A stretch of 64,000 bases of DNA from Mobula birostris (Eukaryota). Location: contig NC_092397.1 of the NCBI RefSeq assembly GCF_030028105.1, positions 12,539,271-12,603,270 of the forward strand. Direction: 5' to 3'. The notes under the pieces were generated by a model. That model was not told the origin of the DNA. It saw only the letters and a list, made by a program, of their open reading frames with translations, and did no database searches. Made by a program: the position numbers and the translations under genes. Shown one piece after another: positions 25,701-36,625 of this stretch (positions within the stretch are counted from its first letter, which is position 1; each line of letters starts with the position of its first letter).

Positions 25701-28700
25701 TGTGAAGAGCAAGAGGATAAGACGTGAGAGATTAGGACCAATCAAATGTGACAGTGGAAAAGTGTGTACAGAACTGGAGGAAATAGCAGAGGTACTTAAT
25801 GAAAACTTTGCTTCAGTATTAACTACGAAAAAGGATCTTGGCAATTGTAGGGATGACTTACAGCGGACTAAAAAGCTTGAGCATGTAGATATTAAGGAAG
25901 AGGATGTGCTGGAGCTTTTGGAAAGTATCAAGTTGGATAAGTCACTGGGACCAGATGAGATGTACCCCAGGCTACTGTGGGAGGCGAGGGAGGAGATTGC
26001 TGAGCCTCTGGTGATGATCTTGGCATCATCAATGGGGACGGGAGAGGTTCAGGAAGATTGAAGGGTTGCAGCTGTTGTTCCCTTATTCAAGAAAGTGAGT
26101 AGAGATAGCCCAGGAAATTGTAGACCAGTGAGTCTTACTTCAGTGGTTGGTAAATTGATGAAGAAGATCCTGAGAGGCAGGATTTGTGAACATTTGGAGA
26201 TGAATAATATGATTAGGAATAGTCGGCATGGCTTTGTCACGGCAGGTTGTGCCTTACGAGCCTGATTGAATTTTTTGAGGATGTGACTAACCACATTGAT
26301 GAAGGTAGAGCAGTAGGTGTAGTGTATATGGATTTCAGCAAGGCATTTGACAAGGTACCCCATGCAAGGCTTATTGAGAAGGTAAGGAGACATGGGATCC
26401 AAGGGGACATTGCTTTGTGGATCCGGAACTGGCTTGCCCACAGAAGGCAAAGAGTGGTTGTAGACGGGTCATATTCTGCATGGAGGCCGGTCACCAGTGG
26501 GGTGCCTCAGGGATCTGTTCTGGGACACCTTACCTTCGTGATTTTTATAAATGACCTGGATGAGGAAGTGGAGGGATGGGTTAGTAAATTTGCTGATGAC
26601 ACAAAGGTTGGGGGTGTTGTGGATAGTGTGGAGGGCTGTCAGAGTTTACAGCGGGACATTGATAGGATGCAAAACTGGGCTGAGAAGTGGCAGATGGAGT
26701 TCAACCCAGATAAGTGTGAGGTGGTTCATTTTGGTAGGTCAAATATGATGGCAGAATATAGTATTAATGGTAAGACTCTTGGCAGTGTGGAGGATCAGAG
26801 GGATCTTGGGGTCTGAGTCCATAGGACACTCAAAGCTGCTGCACAGGTTGACTCTGTGGTTAAGAAAGCATATGGTGTATTGGCTTTCATCAATCGTGGG
26901 ATTGAGTTCAGGAGCCGAGAGGTAATGTTGCAGCTATATAGGACCCTGGTCAGACCCCACTTGGAGTACTGTGCTCAGTTCTGGTCACCTCACTGCAGGA
27001 AGGATATGGAAACTATAGAAAGGGTGCAGAGGAGATTTACAAGGATGTTGCCTGGATTGGGGAGCATACCTTATGAGAATAGGTTGAGTGAACTCGGCCT
27101 TTTCTCCTTGGAACGACGGAGAATGAGAGATGACCTGATAGAGGTGTACAAGATGATGAGAGTCATTTTATTCTGTGGATATTCAGAGCCTTTTTCCCAG
27201 GGCTGAAATGGCTAGCACGAGAGGGCACAGTTTTAAGGTGCTTGGAAGTAGGTACAGAGGGGATGTTAGGGGTAAGTTTTTACGTAGAGAGTGGTGAGTG
27301 CGTGGAATGGGCTGCCGGCGACGGTGGTGGAGGCAGATACGATAGTGTTTTTAAGAGGCTGCTGGATAGGTATGTGGAGCTTAGATTACTAGAGGGCTAT
27401 GGATAACCTGAGGTAATTTCTAAGGTAAGGACACGCATTGTGGGCCGAAGGGCCTGTATTGTGCTGTAGGTTTTCTGTTTGTATGAGCCGTCACTTTTCT
27501 CCCCCACCGATGTCCTAACCATTTTACTCACTTTCAGACCTTTCTCCTGTTGTTTATAAATCAAACGCCCTACCTAAGGCATTTTGCTGATTTTAGTTTA
27601 CCAATCTCCTTCAGAATAGCCAGAGAACGTAGATTACAGCATAACAGGCCATTTGGCCGTCAGTGTTGTGCTATCCCAGCTAAAAAGCAAATCCAAAACA
27701 CCCAAACACTAATCCCTCCTACCTACACCGTGTCCACATCCCTCCATCTTCCTCACATCCATGTGCCTATCCAAACGTCTCTTAAAAGCCTCTAACGTAC
27801 TTGCCTGTACCACCATATCAGACATCCACCACTCCCCGAGTAAAACACTTACCCCTCACATCCCCCCCCGCTCACCTTCAATGCATGCCCTCTGGCATTA
27901 GACATTTCAACCCTGGGAAACAGATACTCTCTGTCCACTCTATCTATGCCCCTCATATTCTTGTAATCCTCTATCAGATCTCCCTTCGGCCTCCGACGCG
28001 CCAGAGAAAACAACCCAAGTTTGTCCAGCCTCTCGTGATAGCACACGCTCTCTAAACCAGGCAGCATCAGGTTTAATATCACCAGCATTGGTCGTGAAAT
28101 GTGTTGTCTTTGTGACAGCAGTGCAATGTAATACATAATAGAAAAAACTCAATTACAGTAAGTACACATATATTAAATTAAGTAGTGCAAAAATAGAAAT
28201 TTAAAAAGTGGTGAGGTAGTGTTCGTGGGTTCAATGCCCATTCAGAAATTGGATGGCAGAGGGGAAGAAGCTGTTCCTGAATTGCTGAGTGTGTGTCTTC
28301 AGGCTCCTGTACCTCCTCCCTGATGGTAGCAATGAGAAGAGGGCATGTCCTGGGTGGTGGGGGTCCTTAATGATGGATGCCACCTTCTTTAGAGGCACCG
28401 CTCCTTGAAGATGCCCTGGGTACTGCAGTGGCTCGTGCCCATGATGGAGCTGACTGAGTCCTCAACTCCTGTTCTGCACTCTGTCCGAAGCCTCAATGTC
28501 CTTCCTGTAGTGGGGCGACCAGAACTGGACGCAATACTCCAGATGTGGCCTGACCAGAGTTTTATAAAGCTGGGGGTCATCCGACGAAAATCAGAAACCC
28601 TTCGAGTGAATCACTTTTGATCCTACTGCTAATTCCATCCGCAAAAATAGTTGGAAATTTTTTTTCTTCTTCAGCAAATCCATGTTGATTTGCCCGTACA

Positions 28701-30497
28701 TGCTGGATTTTAGAAGAATGGAGTTGGGGGAGGAGAGATTTTTATTGAAACCTATAAAATATTGAAAGGTCTAGATGGAATGGATATGGAGAGGATATTT
28801 CCTGTAGTGCAGGGGTCCCCAACCTTTTCTGCACTGCGGACCGGTTTAATATTGACAATATTCTTGTGGACCGGCCGACCCGGGGGTTGGGGTTGCCAAC
28901 GTACAAGAGTAGCAGTCAAATACGTTGTGTTTACCCCGAGAAAGACTACAATGACCATGAAGCCTTGCGCGGGCACCAGTGCGCATGCGTAAATATGTGC
29001 CGATTTTTTAAAAAATCGTTTTTGGCGATTCTGTTCGGTGGTGGGGGGTGTTAATCACGACCGGAATATAGGTGATAAATGGCTAATACACTCAATTTTG
29101 TTTCTAAAAGGCTTTATCTAACAAATTTAATATTAAACACACGGCACATATTTTCCTCGCATGAATATAGTGATAAGTCAATTATCAGGGGAGCTTGAAG
29201 TAAGTGTTGAACAAACTTCCAGTAGAAGTGGTAGAGGGAGGTTCGATATTATCACTTAAATTTAAAGTGGACAGCTATATGGACAGGAAAGGAATGGAGG
29301 GTTATGGGCTGAGTGCAGGTCGGTGGGACGAGGTGAGGGTAGCGTTCAGCACGGACTAGAAGAGCAGAGATGGCCTGTTTCCATGCCGTAATTGTTATAT
29401 GGTTATATAAGTCATTTATTATAGCATAATAACGTTTTAAGATACGTTTGGATATTAAACACACAGCGCATATTTTCCTCGTATGAACATATAAAATCAT
29501 TGCAACGCACTAATATTGCTGAATCAGTGGGAGCCCTGGGCTGAATACTTGTTTTCTGCAACAACACGGTCCTATTGAGGGGTGATGGGAGACAGCGATA
29601 CTCGAAGGGGGTTCCTTATGTCCAGTCTATTCCGCAATTTAGTTTCAGTTGCATTCATTGCAGAGGTATGTTGGAAATGGAAGCAACGTTTTCAGTGCTT
29701 TCCTGACTATCTCAGGATATTCAGCCTTGACTTTGATCCAGAATGCCGGTAGGGATGTTATGTCAAACATAGTTTTCAGCCCGCCGTCATTTGCAAGCTC
29801 GAGGAGGTGATCTTCTTCCCGCACTGACATGGATGACGCGTGTGTAATGACCTCGTGTGCGTTCAAGTTCAACAGTGGGCGTGACAGGGAATGAGGAAAG
29901 GTGCAGCTGACTCCTATCGCCAAATCATATCGTTTCCTCGCGGCCCGGTAGCGCATGCCTTGCGGCCCGGTGGTTGGGGACCGCTGCTATAGTGGGGTGC
30001 CTAGGACCAGAGGCCACAGTCGCAGAATAGAGGGGTGTCCCTTTAGAATGGAAATGAGGAAAAATCTCTTGAGCCAGGGAGTGACAAATCTGTGGAACTC
30101 ATTGCCTCCGGCGGCCGTGGAGGGGGAGTCATTTGATACTTTTTAAGCGGAGGCTGTTAGGTTCTTCATTAGTAAAAGGCATCAAAGGTTACAAGGAGAA
30201 TGGGATTGGGATGGATAGTAAATCAGCCATAGTGGAGCAGACTCGATGGGCCGAACCTCCTTTGACTTGCGGTCTAGCACCTCTGCGTGTATGTGCAGTA
30301 GACGTGACCTTGAAGGCGCCCAGCAGGCCTTAACGCGCTTTTCCATTGTCTGTTGCAGCCCCGAACCCGTCTTCAGCAGCCCCCCACCAGTGCTGCCCAC
30401 CCCCATGTTTGCACAGGCAACGAACACCCTGTCGATGCCCGCTCCTGTCCTGATGACCAGCAGTCAAGATGGCGAGGATGAAGATTACGACTCTTAG
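4686..30497 (+). CDS. DRAP1: Dr1-associated corepressor (NC2 alpha), 7 exons, 645 nt, 214 aa: join(4686..4727,14169..14241,16923..17016,17860..17979,22330..22426,23112..23191,30359..30497)
   Basis: Spliced translation [87 protein letters not shown]...EDEDYDS is the DRAP1 histone fold; all splice phases are consistent. Confidence 0.98.
4728..5120 (+). repeat. Degenerate minisatellite made of the exon 1/intron 1 junction
   Basis: gccg|gtgagtcc repeated with GT at 4820, 4883 and 5000; variant accg|gtgggt at 5091. Confidence 0.85.
5495..6291 (+). mobile_element. CR1 LINE, 5'-truncated, young
   Basis: ORF 5601-6200 is the CR1 RT C-terminus; tail ctatgtttctatg; highly similar to the 3' end of the element at 57585-61137. 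Confidence 0.95.
7150..7580 (-). mobile_element. CR1 3' fragment
   Basis: [20 protein letters not shown] peptide plus CR1 3' UTR. Confidence 0.8.
8039..9245 (-). mobile_element. RTE-clade LINE, 5'-truncated, frameshifted RT
   Basis: [58 protein letters not shown]; (GAT)n-like tail. Confidence 0.9.
9290..10570 (-). mobile_element. Tc1/mariner-derived non-autonomous element, fragmented by other inserts
   Basis: Terminal gtggcccactgagt matches the TIR of the copies at 31399 and 34135; internal segments are the reverse complement of those copies. Confidence 0.55.
10700..12100. mobile_element. Cluster of Rex1/Babar LINE 3' fragments in both orientations
   Basis: [20 protein letters not shown] (-), [12 protein letters not shown] (-), [21 protein letters not shown] (+). 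Confidence 0.75.
12577..13557 (+). mobile_element. Rex1/Babar LINE, 5'-truncated
   Basis: [63 protein letters not shown]; tail aataaagtataaagta. Confidence 0.9.
14169..14241 (+). CDS. DRAP1: DRAP1 exon 2 ([24 protein letters not shown])
   Basis: Acceptor ttgtag; donor T|gtatcctc. Confidence 0.97.
15770..16027 (+). mobile_element. Penelope-like element terminal (pLTR) fragment
   Basis: Pyrimidine tract, hammerhead motif, then gatgctgcctggcctgctg...ccagcatctgcaga; same end type follows the GIY-YIG remnant at 18545. Confidence 0.75.
15894..15929 (+). ncRNA. Minimal type-I hammerhead ribozyme motif
   Basis: AGUC-CUGACGA-AGG(gucucgg)CCU-GAAA-C-GUC|GACU: intact core, stem I AGUC/GACU, palindromic ACGU stem III; predicted cleavage after C15925. 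Confidence 0.75.
16923..17016 (+). CDS. DRAP1: DRAP1 exon 3 ([32 protein letters not shown])
   Basis: Acceptor ctcag; donor CT|gtaagt. Confidence 0.97.
17140..17505 (+). mobile_element. CR1 3' fragment
   Basis: [21 protein letters not shown] peptide plus 3' UTR. Confidence 0.8.
17860..17979 (+). CDS. DRAP1: DRAP1 exon 4 ([39 protein letters not shown])
   Basis: Acceptor gccag; donor AG|gtgagt. Confidence 0.97.
18545..20100 (+). mobile_element. Penelope-like retroelement remnant (GIY-YIG endonuclease plus 3' end), interrupted by a CR1 tail at ~19437-19710 (-)
   Basis: Translation [49 protein letters not shown] fits the PLE GIY-YIG domain; degenerate hammerhead at ~19967-20003. Confidence 0.85.
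21645..22035 (-). mobile_element. Short RTE-derived non-autonomous element (RTE 5' UTR motif plus RTE-type tail)
   Basis: Minus strand caccttgtcgtggtggagaagcttgcgt...gagcaatgccgt...agggtcacccatggcgg resembles the BovB/Expander 5' motif. Confidence 0.55.
22330..22426 (+). CDS. DRAP1: DRAP1 exon 5 ([32 protein letters not shown])
   Basis: Acceptor tttcag; donor GAG|gtgagc. Confidence 0.95.
23112..23191 (+). CDS. DRAP1: DRAP1 exon 6 ([26 protein letters not shown])
   Basis: Acceptor cacag; donor AG|gttagt; phase matches exon 7. Confidence 0.9.
23375..23640 (+). mobile_element. V-SINE-like element
   Basis: gggttcaattcccg B-box-like motif plus gtgggtttcctccca core; its 3' part recurs inverted at ~18150-18290. 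Confidence 0.55.
24125..27485 (+). mobile_element. Near full-length CR1 LINE (ORF1 esterase remnant, ORF2 EN plus RT), frameshifted
   Basis: [11 protein letters not shown] (ORF1), YFNARSI..ITETW and GDSDHN (EN), [11 protein letters not shown] and FADDTK (RT); 3' tail. Confidence 0.95.
28810..29986 (-). mobile_element. hAT (Charlie/Buster-type) internally deleted DNA transposon nested in a CR1 fragment
   Basis: TIRs CAGGGGTCCCCAACC and GGTTGGGGACCGCTG; 8-bp TSD ctgtagtg (28802-28809) / ctatagtg (29987-29994); dimerisation-domain remnant [28 protein letters not shown]. Confidence 0.9.
30359..30497 (+). CDS. DRAP1: DRAP1 exon 7 ([17 protein letters not shown]...DGEDEDYDS*)
   Basis: Acceptor ttgcag; conserved EDYDS C-terminus; TAG stop. 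Confidence 0.95.
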
Positions 30498-30928
30498 CTC
30501 TGGGTTTATGTTGTCTTTTACCGGGTGGGTAGCCAGAATTTTATTCCCAGTGCGAGTGCGTGTGTACGTGTACGTATGTCCAACGCCCCCCCCCACCTCC
30601 CCAAGAGATTATTTTCATATCGCCTCATTTTATTTTAATTTGGATTCACCCTCGCCATCCCCTCTCCCCACACACTCAAGTTTTAGTTGCCACTCCTGGG
30701 ATGCAGTTCTTAATTCGTTTTAACCCCCTCGTCGTGTCCGTGTGCGCACAGAAATCACCCGTCCCCTCCGGAGTAAATGGCCCTTCCTCCTCAGAGAGAG
30801 GCTGCGGCAGGCGGTGGGGGGGTGTAGGGAGTGGGCTTGGGGAGCCGGGTTTTGAAACAAAGGCATTTACCCCCGATTTTGAGTTGGCCATTACTTTTTT
30901 TTTAATTTTTAACTTTAGTAATGTGCAG

Positions 30929-30946
30929 AATAAAGTTTGGAATAAA
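30929..30946 (+). terminator. DRAP1 polyadenylation signals (two AATAAA)
   Basis: AATAAA at 30929 and 30941 with a T-rich tract downstream. Confidence 0.75.
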
Positions 30947-31398
30947 GTAAATTCGTCCTAAATCGTTTGCCCTGCTTGTTATTTCTCTCTCTTTCTGTGG
31001 ATTTTCCCAGCAGTGACTCCCACCCCCTTCCCCGGCACACGCTAATTGCAGTGGGGTGGCCAATTAGCGTCGAATTCTCACCGCAGGCGTCCTGTGGTCA
31101 TGTTCCTGCTCCCCTCCCCTCTGCCGCTGGTCCTCCACAAGGATTCGGTTGGCATTTTGTGGCGTCACTGTCCCAGAGAGGGGCAGGAAGGGGAACTACC
31201 CGCAGGAGACTGTGCGGATGCTGGAAAGCCAGAGCAAAAAATGCTGGAGGAACTCGGCAGATCTAATGGAGAGGAACAGGCAGTCAACATGCACGGCTGC
31301 AGCAACCCTTCATCAGTCTTGCCTCTGACATGCTTAACGTCCAGCCACCTTAAAATTCTGCCCCCCTGGCTGTCCCGGGGGAAAGTCCACTCTATCTC

Positions 31399-31918
31399 CA
31401 CTCAGTTGTCACTCTGTTCGGTTCACCTGCTTGTTAATGCGAATATCCAATCAGCCAATCGGCACAGCAACTCAATACAGATTTTCAGTTGTTCAGACCA
31501 AACATCAACATGTGAAAGAAATGTGATTTTTTTTTTTCCCCCACGTACAATGTTCACTACTCTAACATGTCGCCCAGACGGGGTGGTTTGGGTATCTCAG
31601 AAACTGCTGATCTGGGATTTCCACGCACAACTGTCTCTAAGGGTTTACAGAGAATGGTGAGATACACAAAAATAAACCCAGTGAACGGCAGTGAAATTGC
31701 CTCGTCAATGAGAGAGGTCAGAGGAGAATGGCCAGACTGGTTCAAGCTGACAGTAACTCACGTTACTACAGTGGTGTGCAGAAGAGCATCTCTGAACACA
31801 GGACGTGTCGAACCTTGAAGTGGATGGGCGACAGCACCAGATGACCACAAACATGCCCTCAGGGGCCTCTATTATTAGGTACAGGAGGTACTGTACCCAA
31901 TAAAGTGGCCACTGAGTG
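31399..31918 (+). mobile_element. Tc1-like non-autonomous element
   Basis: Ends cactcagttgtcact and agtggccactgagtg followed by TA; HTH remnant ISETADLGFPRTTVS. Confidence 0.75.
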
Positions 31919-31929
31919 TATTACAGCAA

Positions 31930-32614
31930 TTAAGACTCACAACACGCTGGAGGAACTCAGCAGGTTGGGCTGCATCCGTGGCAACGTTTCGGGCCGGAGC
32001 CCTTCCTCAGGACTGTAGAGGGAAGGGGCAGAGGCCCTATGAAGAAGGGGAGGGTGGGAAGGAGGAGGCTGGTAGGTTCCAGGTGAAAAACCAGTAAGGG
32101 GAAAGATAAAGGGGTGGGGGAGGGGATAGGCAGGAAAGGCGAAGAAGGAATAGGGGAAAACACAATGGGTAGTAGAAGGAGGTGGAACCATGAGGGAGGT
32201 GATAGGCAGCTCAGGGAGGGGGCAGAGTGAAACAAGGATAAAGGAAGGGAGGGGAAAGGAATTACCGGAAGTTGGAGAATTCTATGTTCATACCAAGGGA
32301 CTGGAGACTACCTAGACGGTATTCATACCAAGGGGCTATTCCTTCTTCACCTTTCCTGCCTATCACCTCCCTGCATCCCCTCCCCCACCCCTTTATCTTT
32401 CCCCTTACTGGTTTTTCACCTGGAACCTACCAGCCTTCTCCTTCCCATCCTCCCCCCACCTGCTTTATAGGGCCTCTGCCCCTTCCCTCTTCAATCCTGA
32501 CGAAGGGTTCCGGCCCGAAACGTCGACTCATCGTTTCCACGGATGCTGCCCGACCTGCTGAGTTCCTCCAGCGTGTTGTGAGTGTTGCTTTGACCCCATC
32601 TGAGTATTTTGTAT
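31930..32614. mobile_element. Penelope-like element as an inverted pair of termini with 9-bp TSD
   Basis: 31936-32160 is the near reverse complement of ~32335-32585; TSD TTACAGCAA at 31921-31929 and 32615-32623; hammerhead cores in both arms. Confidence 0.8.
32493..32528 (+). ncRNA. Minimal hammerhead ribozyme motif (core intact, one stem I mismatch)
   Basis: AAUC-CUGACGA-A-GGG(uuccgg)CCC-GAAA-C-GUC|GACU. Confidence 0.65.
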
Positions 32615-32993
32615 TTACAGCAAATAAAGTTGATCCTTGCTACTGTCTTTCAAACACATTAACTAACCAATATGAAAGGTGATTTTACTATTAATAATTT
32701 ATGAGCACTTTTAATATCTCATAGATAGTAGTAGTAGAATTAGGCCATTCAGCCCATCGAGTCTGCTCCGCCATTCCATCAGGGCTGATTTATTAACCCT
32801 CTCAACCCCATTCTCCTGACTGTCTTCTCAGCACTGGAGAAGGGTCTCCGCCCGAAACGCCGCCTGTTTATTCGTTTTCATGGATGTTGAGTTTCTCCAG
32901 GGTTTTGGGTATGTTGCGTTGCTTTGGATTTCCTGCGTATGCAACATTTCCCATATTTGCGCTGATGGGAATATAGGAAGACGGGCGATGTTT

Positions 32994-33088
32994 CGCCCCA
33001 CAGAAAGATGGTGGGCCCAGTGCGGGGCGGAAGTGACGAAGGCGGGGCGAATGACGTCGCCGTCTGGAATTTTTTACTGCGTGTGAAG
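32994..33088 (+). promoter_or_regulatory. Cystatin unit A promoter (YY1-like, GC box, ETS module)
   Basis: cccacagaaagatgg..cagtgcggggcggaagtgacga is conserved at 61311 and 63877. Confidence 0.65.
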
Positions 33089-33355
33089 ATGGCCGCGTTC
33101 GGGCTGCGCTTCGCAATGGGCCCGGCTCTGCTGCTGGTGGGGTTGGTGTTTGGGGCGGCGGCGGCGGCGGACATGAAGGTGCAGGACGCGCTGGAGGCGG
33201 CGGCAACGCCCCCCTTGCTGGGCAGCCTGTACGACGTACGCGTCGATTCCCCCAAGGTGGTGAAAGCGACCAGGGTGGCCGTGAAGGCCTTCAACCGCAG
33301 CTCCAAAGACGTGCATCGCAGCGCGGTGTCGAATGTGATATCGGCCCAAGCACAG
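33089..33355 (+). CDS. Type-2 cystatin exon 1, unit A (89 aa)
   Basis: Signal peptide MAAFGLRFAMGPALLLVGLVFGAAAA, conserved Gly (LLG), helix ATRVAVKAFN, ends SAQAQ with donor CAG|gtggga in phase 0 inside QxVxG. Confidence 0.9.
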
Positions 33356-34070
33356 GTGGGGAGGTGTGGGGTGTGGTTGGGAGGGGGTGGTAGGTGGGGT
33401 GCGAGAGAGGGTGTTCGGAGTGGGGGAGGGATGAGGAGGGGACGGAGGGCGGGGAGAGAGGAAGGGGATGCACGAGAAGGGGTAGAGGGTGGGGGGTAGA
33501 GGAGAGGGACGGGAGGGGGTAGAGGGTGGGGAAAGGAGGTGGGGGAGGGATGGGGGGGTAGAGGGTGGGGACAGGAGGTGGGGGAGGGAGGTAGGGAGAG
33601 GGGAAGGGTGGGTGGGTGTAGAGGGTGGGGAAGGGAGGTGGGGAGGGGAGGGAGGGCGGGGAGAGAGGAAGGGGATGCACGAGAGGGGGTAGAGGGTGGG
33701 GAAGGGAGGTAGAGAGTGGGGTGGGGAGGGGTGGGCCAGAAGGGAGAGACAGGAGCGGGTAGATGGTGCGGAAAGGAGGTAGGGAGAGGGGAGGGAGTAG
33801 AGGGTGGGGAAAGGAGGTTGGGGAGGGAGGTAGGGAGAGGGGAAGGATGGGAGGGGGTAGAGGGTGTGGAAAGGAGGTAGAGGGGAGGGAGTAGAGGGTG
33901 GGGAGGGAGGTAGGGACGAGAGGTGGGAGGCAGAGATTATGGAGGATGGGGCTGGTGAGGGGAGAGAGGAGAGAAGGGTTGAAGGGGATGAGAAGAAAGG
34001 GTGAGTTCTCTGGAGAGGAGGGGTCAAGTAGAAGGGAAGTAGGACAGAGGAGTGAGTAGAGACAGAGTGG
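33356..34070 (+). repeat. G-rich polypurine low-complexity tract (intron 1 start)
   Basis: Runs such as gggtagagggtgggg and ggagagggga; almost no C. Confidence 0.9.
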
Positions 34071-34134
34071 ATCCCTAGGCAATGCTCTAGGGGCAGGGTG
34101 GGGTAGAATTTTGGAACACAAGGGCGAAGGCCGT

Positions 34135-34823
34135 GGAGGTGGCCCCTTCATTAGGTACATCTCCAATATCTAACCAGCCAATCATCGAGCAAGAAGCACA
34201 CCGACGTGGTCAAGAGGTTCAGTTGTTCAGACTGGGGGAGAAATGTGATCTGAGTCACATTGACCATGGAACGATTGCTGGTGCCAGACGGGCTGGTTTG
34301 AGTTATCTCGGAAACTGCTGACCTGCTGGGATTTTGGCACACAGCAGTCTTCACAGATTGCAGAGAATAGTGCAGAAAAAGAAAAAAACATCCAGTGAGC
34401 GGCGATTTTATTCAGAAATACGGCTTTCCAGCCCAGCAGCCTATTTAAACAGAGTGCGATTTACAGTAACCACTTAACCCACTGACCGGTACGTCTCGGG
34501 GAAACTGGAGCGCCTGGAGCAAACGCACTCACAGGGAGGACGCAGGTGGGAGACGCAACTGAACTCCGAGTTCTGATACCCCCGGAGCTGTAAATTGCAT
34601 CGCGCTGACCCCTATCTCACAGTAGAGATCGGTGGCGAAAACCCCTTATTGCTGAGGGAGGTCGGAGGAGAATTGCTGGACAAGGTCAAATAACCACGCA
34701 TTACAGCAGTGGTGTGAACGAGAGCATCTCGGAATGGGCCACGGCGGCAGACGACCACGAACGTACACTCACTGGCCACTTTAATTAGACGCAGGAGCCA
34801 TCTCAGAAAGTGGCCACTGAGAG
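34135..34823 (+). mobile_element. Tc1-like non-autonomous element, paralogous to 31399-31918
   Basis: DHGTIAGARRAGLS..SETADLLGF remnant; terminal agtggccactgag. Confidence 0.7.
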
Positions 34824-35869
34824 TAAAGTTGATACTTGACGCTGGCTTTCAAACACATTAACCGCCCAGTGCGAAAGGGGTTGCCACTATTAATAATAAT
34901 ATCTTATTTACAGGGCCCTTTTCACAGGTGAAACCATGAAACAATTAGGCCATTCAGCCCATCATTTGCGCCACCATGGCTGATTTGTTGACCCTCTCAA
35001 CTCCTGCCTCCTCACCGCAACCTTTTGACACCCTGATTAATCAAACCCCTATCATCCTGCGCCTTAAATGCACCGAGTGACTTTGCCGCCTGTGGTCAAG
35101 AATTCCAGAGGTTCACCACCCTCTGGCTAAAGACAGTGTTCCTCACCTCTGTTCCGAATGGATGTCCCGCTATATTGAGGCTCTGCCCTCTGGTCCTAGA
35201 CTCTTGTACCCCCTCTATCGGAAACGTCCACTCTATCCAGGACTTTCAATATTTGGTAGATTTAAATAAGGTCGCCGCCTCATTCTTCTAAATTCCATGA
35301 GTACGGACGGAAAGCCTTAAAATGCTGGGATCCTGGGATCGTTCTCGTGAATCTCCTGTGGACCCTCCCCAATGCCAGCATGTCCTTCCTTTGAAAAGGG
35401 GTCCAAAACTGCTCACATTTCCTTTAAGGGGCTCACAGCACTCCCAACTGCAGTGTAGTTACAGACAATATAGTTCAAAGTAGTTTACAATGTGAAAAAG
35501 TGCAAAGTATAAAAATAAGGCAAAATAACGTTAGTTAAAAGCAAAGTTCGATAGATTTTGATCGGGCATTTAGAAATGTCAGTTGAATCTGCTTCTCGTA
35601 TAGTTTTAAGCATCAAGTTCCACAGGTTAGGAGCCTAGTTCATAAAAACAGCTGACCTGCCAGTTCTCTTCTGAGGGAGATTACTTAAATTTAAGGCACA
35701 GGCGATAAAGTGGAGAGGATGTTTCCCATGATGGGAAAGTCTACATCCAGAAGGCGCAGCCTGAGAATAGTGAGATGAAATGGTGAGCAGACTCAATGGG
35801 CCAAATGGTTTAGTTCTGCTCTGATGCCTTATGGTCTTAAGAAGACCTAAGAGCCCAAGCAGATTTATA

Positions 35870-36280
35870 AAATGAATGAGGAAATCTACAGATGCTGGAA
35901 ATCCAAAACAACACACACAAAATGCTGGAGGAACTCAGCAGGCCAGGCAGTGTCTATGGAGAAGAGTAAATGGTCAACATTTCAGTCCAGGACCCTTCGT
36001 CAGGTCTGGAATGGGAGGGGGAAGAAGCCAGACTAGTGGGGGGCGGGGGAGTGAAATTGGAGAGCTGGGAAGTGATTGGTGAAAGAGACAAAGGGCTGGA
36101 GATTGGGAAATCTGATAGGAGAGGGTAGAAGGACATGGAAGAAGAGAGCACTGGGGGAGCTGATGGGCAGCGATGGAAAGAGAGGGAAATGGTGAGGTGG
36201 GGGGCATTACCTGAAATTCAAGAAATTGCTGTTCATACCATCAGGATGGAGGCTACCCAGACGGAATATAAGGCGGTGTT
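35870..36280 (-). mobile_element. Penelope-like element 3' fragment
   Basis: Reverse complement of the GIY-YIG C-terminus (FRLGSLHPDGMN), pyrimidine tract and degenerate hammerhead. Confidence 0.75.
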
Positions 36281-36625
36281 ATAAAAAGGAAAGCGATTCA
36301 GTAATATATTCTGGTCTCAGACCATTGAGCGCTTTGGCAGCAAGTAAGAGGACTTTAAAATTAATTCTGAAAGATGCAGAGTAGGTGGGGTTGGCAGTGG
36401 TGTACTCCCTCGTCCTGGTTAACAGCCATGAGAGCGAAACAGGAGTCCTCACGCTGTTAAAAGCTGCAAAATTGAACTAAGCAGCAGATGAAATCCTGCT
36501 GCAAGGCCACAACCCAAAGCATTGACCAGCACTTGACCACAGAATTCTATCAATTCTACACTCTAAATTCCAGCCTCCATTAAACTTCTGGTAACTATTT
36601 TGGGAAATGTTAAGACATTGACGCA

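Noticed and set aside
30328-30334. CCTTAAC before DRAP1 exon 7 as a second U12 intron
   Set aside because: The intron 6 donor is GTTAGT (U2 type), a pyrimidine tract is present, and the motif also fits a U2 branch point
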